NCBI GenBank assembly: GCA_963722115.1
Contig: CAVRLU010000009.1
Coordinates: 29,457 to 93,456 of the forward strand
From: an uncultured Nitrososphaerota archaeon
GTDB taxonomy: Archaea; Thermoproteota; Nitrososphaeria; Nitrososphaerales; Nitrosopumilaceae
DNA length: 64,000 bases
Direction of reading: 5' to 3'
The notes beneath the pieces were generated by a model. The model saw only the letters and a program-made list of their open reading frames with translations, did not search any database and had not been told where the DNA came from. Within the stretch, counting starts at the first letter, position 1, and the number at the start of each line of letters is the position of its first letter. Positions 52,752 through 60,672 of this stretch are shown here, in pieces. Made by a program: the position numbers and the translations under genes.

Positions 52752-53336
52752 TTGCTTCGTTCAGTTATAATTTCTGGTCCTCCAGCCATAGGAAAGACTA
52801 CAATCGCAAAAGGATTGGGAGAAGAGTTTGGCTTGAAATATCTCAGCGGTGGAGATGTGCTAAAAGAAATGGCCAAGGAACAAGGCTTTGAAACAGATAA
52901 TGATGATTTTTGGGACACAGATGAAGGAATGAGTTTTCTTAATATCAGAAAAGAAAATCCGGAATTTGATAAAGAAGTTGATGAAAAATTGAAAAAAATA
53001 TTTCTAACTGAAGACGTAATCATAACAGACTACACGTTACCGTGGTTAGTTAACGATGGAATTAAAATTTGGCTTGCAGGTTCGCATGAAAATAGTGCTA
53101 AACGAATGACAATGCGAGATAGTATATCAATACAGGATGCACTTGGTATAGTAAAAAAGAGATATGATGAAAATAAAACATTATACAAAAAGCTTTATGG
53201 TTTTAATTTTGGAGAAGATCTTTCTGTATTTAATAAAATAATAAACACGGATGATCTTGGACCTGAACAAGTTCTTGAACAGGCAAAAAATGCAGTGAAA
53301 TACTACTATGACACTCAAACAATTACAAAATCTTAG
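52752..53336 (+). CDS. cmk: Cytidylate kinase (archaeal)
   Basis: ISGPPAIGKTT, SGG..LKEMA, YKKLYG. Confidence 0.9.
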   Translation: MLRSVIISGPPAIGKTTIAKGLGEEFGLKYLSGGDVLKEMAKEQGFETDNDDFWDTDEGMSFLNIRKENPEFDKEVDEKLKKIFLTEDVIITDYTLPWLVNDGIKIWLAGSHENSAKRMTMRDSISIQDALGIVKKRYDENKTLYKKLYGFNFGEDLSVFNKIINTDDLGPEQVLEQAKNAVKYYYDTQTITKS

Positions 53337-54306
53337 AGTAATCGACCAGGACATCACAAATGATGCCCATGGTACGTATTATGACAAGAGATCAATTGAA
53401 CAGCTTCTCAACTATGGTTTCATTTTGTTAGACAAACCAAACGGTCCGACAAGTCATGAGACAGTAGCATGGGTAAAGAAAATATTACATGTTCCAAAAG
53501 CAGGTCATAGCGGAACACTTGATCCACAAGTATCTGGACTTTTACCAATAGGACTAGGCGAAGCAACAAAGGCCCTCATAGTTTTATTACTTGGTCCCAA
53601 AGAATATCATGCTCTTGGAAGACTTCATACACTCCCACCAAAAGAAAAATTGACCGATGTACTCAAACAACTCACTGGTAAAATCTTTCAAAAACCGCCG
53701 CAGAGATCTGCAGTCTCTAGACAAACCCGAGTTAGACATGTATATGAAATTGAAGTCATAGAGCAAAAGGAAAGATTACTACTTTTGCGAATTTTATGTG
53801 AAGCAGGAACCTATGTGAGAAAAATTTTCTATGATATGGGAGAGATTCTTGGTGAAGGTGCAACAATGATTGAGCTCCGAAGAAGTAGGGTGGGACACTT
53901 CAATGAAGATTCTAATTTAGTAAAAATACATGATCTTGTTGATGCTTATGCTTTGTGGAAAGAAAATGGTGATGACAAAAAACTGAGGAGAATAATGATG
54001 CCAATAGAACTCACTCTAAGTGAGATAAAGTCAGTTGTAATACGAGACTCTGCAGTAGATGCTCTTTGTCATGGAGCTCAACTTGCAATACCTGGCATTC
54101 TTGAAATATCCTCTGGGCTTAAGCGTGGGGATTTTGTTGCAATATACACACAAAAAGGCGAGGTTGTAGCTCTTGCAGAAGCAACTCTGGATGAAGATGA
54201 GATTGTTGAAAACACCAAAGGCTTTGCCTTTAAGATTAAGAGAATCATCATGGCTCCAAACACCTATCCAAAAAGTTGGAGATCAAAGCCAGTAGTTAAC
54301 AATTAA
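53308..54306 (+). CDS. cbf5: H/ACA pseudouridine synthase Cbf5
   Basis: LDKPNGPTSHE, GHSGTLDP, CEAGTYVR, PUA domain. Confidence 0.95.
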   Translation: MTLKQLQNLRVIDQDITNDAHGTYYDKRSIEQLLNYGFILLDKPNGPTSHETVAWVKKILHVPKAGHSGTLDPQVSGLLPIGLGEATKALIVLLLGPKEYHALGRLHTLPPKEKLTDVLKQLTGKIFQKPPQRSAVSRQTRVRHVYEIEVIEQKERLLLLRILCEAGTYVRKIFYDMGEILGEGATMIELRRSRVGHFNEDSNLVKIHDLVDAYALWKENGDDKKLRRIMMPIELTLSEIKSVVIRDSAVDALCHGAQLAIPGILEISSGLKRGDFVAIYTQKGEVVALAEATLDEDEIVENTKGFAFKIKRIIMAPNTYPKSWRSKPVVNN

Positions 54307-54331
54307 AAAGGAATCAAATCAAATTTTTCAA

Positions 54332-54781
54332 GTGATACCAAAAGGCGCCGCAATATTTTTCATGGTGGGACTAGTAGCCGCTGGCGTGTTGGGATATTAT
54401 CTGTCTCAAATTGCAAATCAGGTTCCAACTCTTGTATATGAAAACGGTCCTTCTCTTACAATTATTCCTGATAAAATCAATTATCATCTTGGAGAATTAA
54501 TTCACATTAGAATAATCAATTCAGGTACCATGCCTCTTACATTTTCTGACACTTCTTATGGGTTGAAGATAACTAGGCTTGATGGAATACTAGTCTATTC
54601 ACCATTATCTGCACAGGTAATCTCTAAACTAGAACCAAGAGAAGAAAAAACATTCGTCTGGGATCAAACTAAATCCGATGGCGGCAAAACATACCAAGGA
54701 AGATACAAGGTAGTATCAAGTACCACTGAAGATGTAGGAGCCTCATTGAAAAAATCTGTTACCATAAATCTGTTGAAATAG
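54332..54781 (+). CDS. Hypothetical membrane-anchored protein with an Ig-like (BsuPI-like) domain
   Basis: N-terminal TM; DKINYHLGE...FVWDQ...GRYKV pattern. Confidence 0.65.
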   Translation: MIPKGAAIFFMVGLVAAGVLGYYLSQIANQVPTLVYENGPSLTIIPDKINYHLGELIHIRIINSGTMPLTFSDTSYGLKITRLDGILVYSPLSAQVISKLEPREEKTFVWDQTKSDGGKTYQGRYKVVSSTTEDVGASLKKSVTINLLK

Positions 54782-54825
54782 ACTTTTCTGAAATAGAAAA
54801 CAAAATACACAATTCCATACAATAT

Positions 54826-55206
54826 TTATTTTGATCTGGACCATTTTTTCATCCATTGTAAAAGATTAATCATGGATTCAACAAGTTCCTGTCCTTTGTT
54901 AGTTAATTTGTATTCTACCCTGGGAGGAATTTCATTATAAGATAATCTTTCCAGCACTCCGCTTTTTTCTAGTTCTTTTAATCGAATAGCAAGGGTCTTA
55001 CTGCTAATTCCTTTCAAAGCCTGTTTGAATTGTTTATGCCGTACTGGTTCTGTTGTACAACATAAAGGGATTAAAATCTCAAGTGTGCCTCTTTTAGTAA
55101 TTATTTTTCTCAGCTTTGACGTTTCAGACATTAACGAGGAAGCATCATACCCTTCAAAACTGCAACTATCCTGAATGATTGGAATTGTTTTTCTTTTAGT
55201 TTCCAT
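54826..55206 (-). CDS. HxlR family winged-helix transcriptional regulator
   Basis: GISSKTLAIRLKELE, EIPPRVEYKLT; divergent from the ars genes. Confidence 0.9.
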   Translation of the reverse strand: METKRKTIPIIQDSCSFEGYDASSLMSETSKLRKIITKRGTLEILIPLCCTTEPVRHKQFKQALKGISSKTLAIRLKELEKSGVLERLSYNEIPPRVEYKLTNKGQELVESMINLLQWMKKWSRSK

Positions 55207-55279
55207 CTTTACACCAACTGTAATTGTTTCTCCTTGACAACTTAAATGGTTTACTAACTAAACTAATGCTGGAGATACA

Positions 55280-55699
55280 ATGGGATTATTTGGAAAAAAA
55301 CCTGCCAAGTATGTTCTGTTTGCATGCATAGAAAATGCAGGACGAAGCCAAATGGCAGAGGGATTTTTCCGAAAGTATGCTCCAAAGGGATGGAATGCAA
55401 TGAGCGGTGGTTCAAGTCCAAAATCATACGTCAATCCGCTTGCAATACAAGTGATGAAAGAAGCTGGAGTAGACATTAGCAATCACAAGGCAAAGATGCT
55501 ATCTGAAGATCAAATCCGAATGGCAGATTTGAAGGTGAATATGGGCTGTATGGATACTATAGAATGTCCTTCTCTTATGCTTGGTAATTATGTAGATTGG
55601 GGAATTGAGGATCCTAAAGATAAATCCATAGAGAAAGTCAGAGAGATAAGAGATGAAATTGAGATAAGAGTAAAGGAACTTGTCAAGGGATTAAAATGA
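55280..55699 (+). CDS. arsC: Arsenate reductase (LMW-PTP fold), copy 1
   Basis: CIENAGRSQMAE P-loop, MGC...ECP resolving Cys pair, WGIEDP. Confidence 0.85.
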   Translation: MGLFGKKPAKYVLFACIENAGRSQMAEGFFRKYAPKGWNAMSGGSSPKSYVNPLAIQVMKEAGVDISNHKAKMLSEDQIRMADLKVNMGCMDTIECPSLMLGNYVDWGIEDPKDKSIEKVREIRDEIEIRVKELVKGLK

Positions 55700-56454
55700 G
55701 TGAAGTAATAAAAGAAAAGGTAAAGGAGAGATACGGTAAGATTGCGTTAACTGGAAACTCAGACTGCTGTTGCATGCCGGGCGAATGCAATACAAACGAT
55801 TCTCCTATTGACGCTACAAAAATAATTGGCTACGACTCAAAAGAATTAGAATCAATTCCACAAGAATCTATTTTGGGTGTAGGTTGCGGTGCGCCAATAA
55901 AATTTGCTGATCTGAAAGAAGGCGAAACTGTTTTAGATCTTGGTTCAGGTGCAGGAATAGATGCATTCCTATCTGCAAACAAGGTATTAAAATCAGGCAA
56001 AGTGATTGGCATTGATATGACTGACGAAATGTTAGAAAAAGCAAATACAAATGCACGTAATGGCAATTATACAAATGTAGAATTTAGAAAAGGAGACATT
56101 GAAAAAAATATTCCAGTCAGTGATGATACCATTGATGCAGTAATCAGCAACTGTGTGATTAATCTTACTTCAGACAAGACAAGTGCATTCAAGGAAGTTT
56201 ATAGAATATTAAGAAAGGGAGGAAGAATGGTGATCTCTGATCTAGTAACAGACAAAGAACTTGAACAAGATCAGATTAATGCAGAACAATGGTGTAGCTG
56301 TATTGATGGTGCATTGACACAAGAACATTATATTGAAAGTATCAAGAAAGCAGGATTTCATAATGTTAGTGTTCTAGACCAGAGGGTGTACATGGAAGGC
56401 GAGAAGGTAAATGGTAGAAAAATTACCAGTCTTGTAATTAAAGCAATAAAGTGA
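55696..56454 (+). CDS. arsM: Arsenite S-adenosylmethionine methyltransferase
   Basis: N-terminal CCC, GVGCGAP, VLDLGSGAG, ISNCVINL, WCSCIDGA. Confidence 0.9.
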   Translation: MSEVIKEKVKERYGKIALTGNSDCCCMPGECNTNDSPIDATKIIGYDSKELESIPQESILGVGCGAPIKFADLKEGETVLDLGSGAGIDAFLSANKVLKSGKVIGIDMTDEMLEKANTNARNGNYTNVEFRKGDIEKNIPVSDDTIDAVISNCVINLTSDKTSAFKEVYRILRKGGRMVISDLVTDKELEQDQINAEQWCSCIDGALTQEHYIESIKKAGFHNVSVLDQRVYMEGEKVNGRKITSLVIKAIK

Positions 56455-56882
56455 TTGTTATGAATTTTTTTGGGAAATCAAATGACAAAAAAAAGATCCT
56501 ATTTGTTTGCGTTGAAAATGCAGGACGAAGCCAAATGGCAGAGGGATTTTTCCGAAAGTATGCTCCAAAGGGATATGAAGCAATAAGTGCTGGAACAAAA
56601 CCCACACCAGAGATAAATCCTATTGCAGTGGAAGCAATGAAAGAAATTGGCATAGACCTTAACAAACAGAAACCTAAAATGCTAACTAATGAAATTATTA
56701 AAGATTCAATTCTGAGCGTGAATATGGGATGTATGGATAAAACTGAATGTCCTGCAGTTTTTATGAAAAACTCTGTTGATTGGAATATAGAAGATCCTAA
56801 AGACAAATCAATCGATAAAGTTAGAGAGATTAGGGACAACATTGAACTAAAGGTAAGACAACTTTGCAAAACTCTAGAATAA
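56451..56882 (+). CDS. arsC: Arsenate reductase (LMW-PTP fold), copy 2
   Basis: CVENAGRSQMAE, MGC...ECP, WNIEDP. Confidence 0.85.
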   Translation: MIVMNFFGKSNDKKKILFVCVENAGRSQMAEGFFRKYAPKGYEAISAGTKPTPEINPIAVEAMKEIGIDLNKQKPKMLTNEIIKDSILSVNMGCMDKTECPAVFMKNSVDWNIEDPKDKSIDKVREIRDNIELKVRQLCKTLE

Positions 56883-57547
56883 CAAACAGGCTATCCTCTA
56901 ACCAAAAGAGATTCTTTGCTGAATTAATTGGTACATTTGTTGTAGTAATATTTGCAACAGGTTCTGTGGTGCTGACTGTAAAATATTCTGGAACATTTGG
57001 TCTCTGGTTTGTAGCTCTTGCTCCAGCAGTTGCAGTAGCAATAATGGTCTATGCATTTGGCAAGATATCTATGGCACATTTTAATCCCGCAGTGACGGTT
57101 GGATTTTTTGTTACAAAACACATGCCAAAGAATCTCTTTCCAGTATATCTTGTTGCAGAGATAATTGGTGCATTGTTAGGTAGCATCTTTGTAAAATATG
57201 TGATAGGTACAGAAGCCAATCTTGGAGCAAACGCACCAGATTACCATTTCCAAATTCCTCTCATAGTTGGAGTTGAGATTCTAGCTACTGCATTACTAAT
57301 GGCTGTAATTATAGTAGTTGTTCATACAAAAGGACTACGAGGATTTAGTGGAATTGTAATAGGTGGAATGGTGGGTCTTGATATCTTCTTTTTGGCATTT
57401 ATTTCAGGAGCTTCCATGAATCCTGCAAGAGCATTGGCACCTGCAATAATATCTGGCTATCTTAATGATTTGTGGTTGTACTGGACTGCGCCCTTCATAG
57501 GTTCTGTAATAGTTGCTGGTATTTACAGAAAAAAGTTTGTGAAATGA
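56864..57547 (+). CDS. MIP/aquaporin family channel, probably an arsenite conduit
   Basis: Two NPA motifs (HFNPAVT, SMNPARA); last gene of the ars cluster. Confidence 0.9.
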   Translation: MQNSRITNRLSSNQKRFFAELIGTFVVVIFATGSVVLTVKYSGTFGLWFVALAPAVAVAIMVYAFGKISMAHFNPAVTVGFFVTKHMPKNLFPVYLVAEIIGALLGSIFVKYVIGTEANLGANAPDYHFQIPLIVGVEILATALLMAVIIVVVHTKGLRGFSGIVIGGMVGLDIFFLAFISGASMNPARALAPAIISGYLNDLWLYWTAPFIGSVIVAGIYRKKFVK

Positions 57548-57606
57548 TCATCTCTTACAGTAATATATAGTCGGTTTTACAACGAAATTGAATTGGCGAG
57601 ATGAAT

Positions 57607-57705
57607 GCCGGGGTCGCCTAGCCTGGTAGGGCGCGCGCCTGGAAATTAGTATACCATAAAGCGCGTACTCGCAAGGGTTCGAGAGTTCAAATCTCTCTCC
57701 CGGCG
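57607..57705 (+). tRNA. tRNA-Ser(GGA) with a 15-nt canonical intron (57645-57659)
   Basis: Acceptor GCCGGGG/TCCCGGC, anticodon stem CGCGC/GCGCG with GGA, long variable arm, T-arm GAGAG-TTCAAAT-CTCTC. Confidence 0.93.
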
Positions 57706-57748
57706 CCTTTTACAAATCCATTAATCACACCTTGTCGTTTTTACATTA

Positions 57749-59038
57749 TTGGAAAAATATGATATAGCAATAATTGGTGGAGGGTTACTTGGAACTTCTA
57801 TCTCATATTGGATTTCAAATTTGTATGATGCAAAGGTTGTAGTAATTGAGAAAGAATCCGATGTTGGAATGCATACAAGCAGCCGTAATACGGGAGTAGT
57901 ACATTCTCCATTCTATCTTAATCCGGACAAAAAAGCCAAACTTGCAAGAGCTGCATTTCTCTCTCATGAAATGTGGAAAACATTTGCTGAGAAAAAGGGA
58001 TTGCCGTGGAATATGGTGGGTACTATGGAGGTTGCACTTGATGAGGTTCAACACAAAACTCTTGAGAAGTATATGAATTGGGGTCCAAGAAATGGAATGT
58101 CAGAGAAAAATATAGAATTGTTAAGCAGTGGCGATGTCATGCAAAGAGAACCAAACATCAGATGCCACTCTGCAATTCATTGTAAAACTGATGCGGTAGT
58201 TGATTATGGAGAATTTACCAGAAAATTAAAAGAAGAATCGCAAAGAAATGGAACTAAATTTTTATTTAATAGACAACTAGAATCCGTTGAAAACCTTGAC
58301 GATTATCCAATACTTGTATTTCAAAATAAAGACAAAATTAATTCAAAGATTGTAATAAACTGCGCAGGTGGATATTCACTTGATGTTGCAAAAAAGTTTG
58401 GATTGGCAAATGATCATTCCAGTCTTCACTTTAGAGGAGAATATTGGATTGCAAGTGCCGAATACACTAATCTAGTCAAGACCAACGTTTACTCTGTTCC
58501 AAAATATCCTGATTTTCCATTTCTTGATCCACACTGGATTATCAGATCTGATGGAAAAAGTGAGGTGGGACCAAATGCAGTTCCTGTTCCAAGCCCTGAA
58601 ACTTATTCTGGCTATGTCGGAAATGTTGAAACATTCATTTCTAAACTCACAGAGGTAGTAACGGGAAGTACAAGAAAATTACTTCTTAATGCAGATTTTA
58701 TGAATTTGGTGGCAAAGGAATGGTTGAGCTCCTTATCGAAAACTGTCATGATAGAACGTATACAGGAATTTATGCCCAAAGTAAAACCAGAGTTCTTTTC
58801 AGAACGAGGCACTGCTGGAATTAGAACTCCTATCATCACTCCTGAAGGAAATTTCTTGCCAGATGTGTTAGAACTCGTGGGTCCAAATTCATATCATATT
58901 CTAAACTACAACTCTCCTGGTGCAACTGGGGCTCCTGCCTATTCTGCATATGTAGTAAAATCTATGCAGGAAAAAGGATTATTACAGTATAAAACACGAA
59001 AAACTGATTCCATTTGGGATTTTGAAACTATTATCTGA
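57749..59038 (+). CDS. FAD-dependent oxidoreductase, L-2-hydroxyglutarate oxidase-like
   Basis: IIGGGLLG, TSSRNTGVVHS, FRGEY, PFLDPH, GPNA, SPGAT. Confidence 0.8.
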   Translation: MEKYDIAIIGGGLLGTSISYWISNLYDAKVVVIEKESDVGMHTSSRNTGVVHSPFYLNPDKKAKLARAAFLSHEMWKTFAEKKGLPWNMVGTMEVALDEVQHKTLEKYMNWGPRNGMSEKNIELLSSGDVMQREPNIRCHSAIHCKTDAVVDYGEFTRKLKEESQRNGTKFLFNRQLESVENLDDYPILVFQNKDKINSKIVINCAGGYSLDVAKKFGLANDHSSLHFRGEYWIASAEYTNLVKTNVYSVPKYPDFPFLDPHWIIRSDGKSEVGPNAVPVPSPETYSGYVGNVETFISKLTEVVTGSTRKLLLNADFMNLVAKEWLSSLSKTVMIERIQEFMPKVKPEFFSERGTAGIRTPIITPEGNFLPDVLELVGPNSYHILNYNSPGATGAPAYSAYVVKSMQEKGLLQYKTRKTDSIWDFETII

Positions 59039-59094
59039 GTCTAGTAAAAGTAACTTCAATCAAGATTAATATTCTGAAATCAAAAAATGAATCT

Positions 59095-59355
59095 GTGTTT
59101 CCAGAACGTTGCTCCATTAGAAAAAAAGGGCAAGATTGTCCAATGCCGCCTGAATTTGTAATTTCTATACGATCTAAAGATGGTGAATACATGGTTGGTG
59201 TTGCATGTGACGGACACAAAAATGCATTTACAGAAAAGTTAGAGTCTCTGCAAAAAGAAGGTAAGGTTCCCCACGGAACTATTAATTTTACTGGCCTAAA
59301 ACCTGTGGGCACTAATTGCATCAGAATAGATCCTAATGATCTAATTGAACTCTAA
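59095..59355 (+). CDS. Small hypothetical protein with possible Zn ligands (C, C, CxxH, C)
   Basis: 86-aa ORF filling the intergenic space; RCSI..DCP..ACDGH..NC. Confidence 0.65.
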   Translation: MFPERCSIRKKGQDCPMPPEFVISIRSKDGEYMVGVACDGHKNAFTEKLESLQKEGKVPHGTINFTGLKPVGTNCIRIDPNDLIEL

Positions 59356-59377
59356 TTATATCCTGGTAATTATTTTA

Positions 59378-60338
59378 TCATCTAACTTGGTAAATCGGTT
59401 TTCTACCAGAGAGTGAAAGTATTAAGTTCTTGACTGCTATCTCTGCCATTTTCTTTCTTGTCTCTACAGTTGCACTACCACTATGAGGTGTTAATACGGC
59501 ATTATTCATTTTTACAATTGGATGTTTGGAATTAATTGGCTCCTTTTGAAATACATCAAGACCAGCTCCTGCAATTATTTTTCTTTTTAATGCAATAGCA
59601 AGATCTTTTTCATTTATTATTTTGCCACGAGCTGTATTGATCAAAAATGAAGTTTTTTTCATTTTCTTAAATAATTTTAAATTCACAATTTCATGTGTCT
59701 GAGGCGTATGTGGTGAGTGTATACTTACGACATCACTTGTTCTAAAAAGATTATCTAACGATACATATTTTACTCCTAATTTTTTTTCCTCTTTAATTGA
59801 TAATCTAGTTCTGTTGTGATAAATTACCTTCATCTCAAAACCTGCAGTCTCTTTTTGCCACTGCTTTTCCTATTCTTCCCATTCCGAATATGCCCAGAGT
59901 TTTTTGATATAGATCAGTTCCAAGAAATTCATAAGGACCGAATATTGTGCTCCATTTATCATTACGAATTAGTTTATCGCCCTCAGGTATTCTCCTGAAA
60001 AGAGATAACATCAAAGCCATGGTCATATCTGCAGTAGCTCGAGTCAATACTTCTGGGGTATAACCTACTGTAATACTTCTACTTGCAGCAGTCTTGACAT
60101 CTATGTGATCATATCCAACACTATAGGTAGAAATTGCCTTAAGTTTAGTTCCAGTATTAATTACGTCTGCATCTATGGAATCATACGGGTAACAGATTAG
60201 GCCATCTTTATCCTTGATTTTTGATATCAGTAACTTTTTTGGCATTGGAATCTTTCCAGTGTAGATTTCTACATCGTATTTCTTTTTGAGTTCCTTTACA
60301 GCAAAATCATGCAGTCTCCGTGTGAGTAATATTTTCAA
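59378..60338 (-). CDS. D-2-hydroxyacid dehydrogenase (glyoxylate/hydroxypyruvate reductase-like), broken by one extra base at ~59848
   Basis: VGYDHID, GMGRIG, LINTARG, AGLDVF..EP, TPHSGSAT; joins as AKRAAGFEMKVIY; span = 3n+1. Confidence 0.92.
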
Positions 60339-60470
60339 CTATTTTCAATTACTAAATGACAATTTTAAGCGTTCATGATGAAAAATTAACTAGTCACGAG
60401 TAAAAATCTACATAAAGAATTCATTTTACACCTTTACAACAACTCATTTATAATTAATCAAAGTAATGAT

Positions 60471-60611
60471 ATGCAATTGAAACACAAAGATGAGTTTGCC
60501 ATTTGTGTGCAATGTAGAAATCCTATAGAAAAATGTGTATGCGTTTGTCCATTTTGTGGAGAACGTGATAAATGTGAATGTGCCTTGTTTGATGCAGCAA
60601 CTGGCGGTTAG
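60471..60611 (+). CDS. 46-aa Cys-rich small protein ending in Gly-Gly (MQLKHKDEFAICVQCRNPIEKCVCVCPFCGERDKCECALFDAATGG); not in the ORF track
   Basis: Manual translation from ATG 60471 to TAG 60611; 8 Cys in CxxC/CxCxCxxC/CxC spacing; TTTATAA box about 25 bp upstream. Confidence 0.75.
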   Translation: MQLKHKDEFAICVQCRNPIEKCVCVCPFCGERDKCECALFDAATGG

Positions 60612-60672
60612 TATATTGTCTTTTCAAAAAAATCATAGAATTATTAATATTTGATGAGCGTCTAGATGCATC

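Noticed and set aside
34489-54306. Novel rearrangement of ribosomal protein operons (inverted rpl12, Lrp inserted between rpl11 and rpl1, rpl32e-rpl19e detached from rpl18)
   Set aside because: From memory this fragmented order is typical of Nitrosopumilales, so it is not claimed as new; not verified by search.
54826-57705. Integrated mobile element at tRNA-Ser carrying the ars genes
   Set aside because: No integrase or transposase, and no duplicated tRNA fragment (att site) was seen. The cluster also lies on the 5' side of the tRNA.
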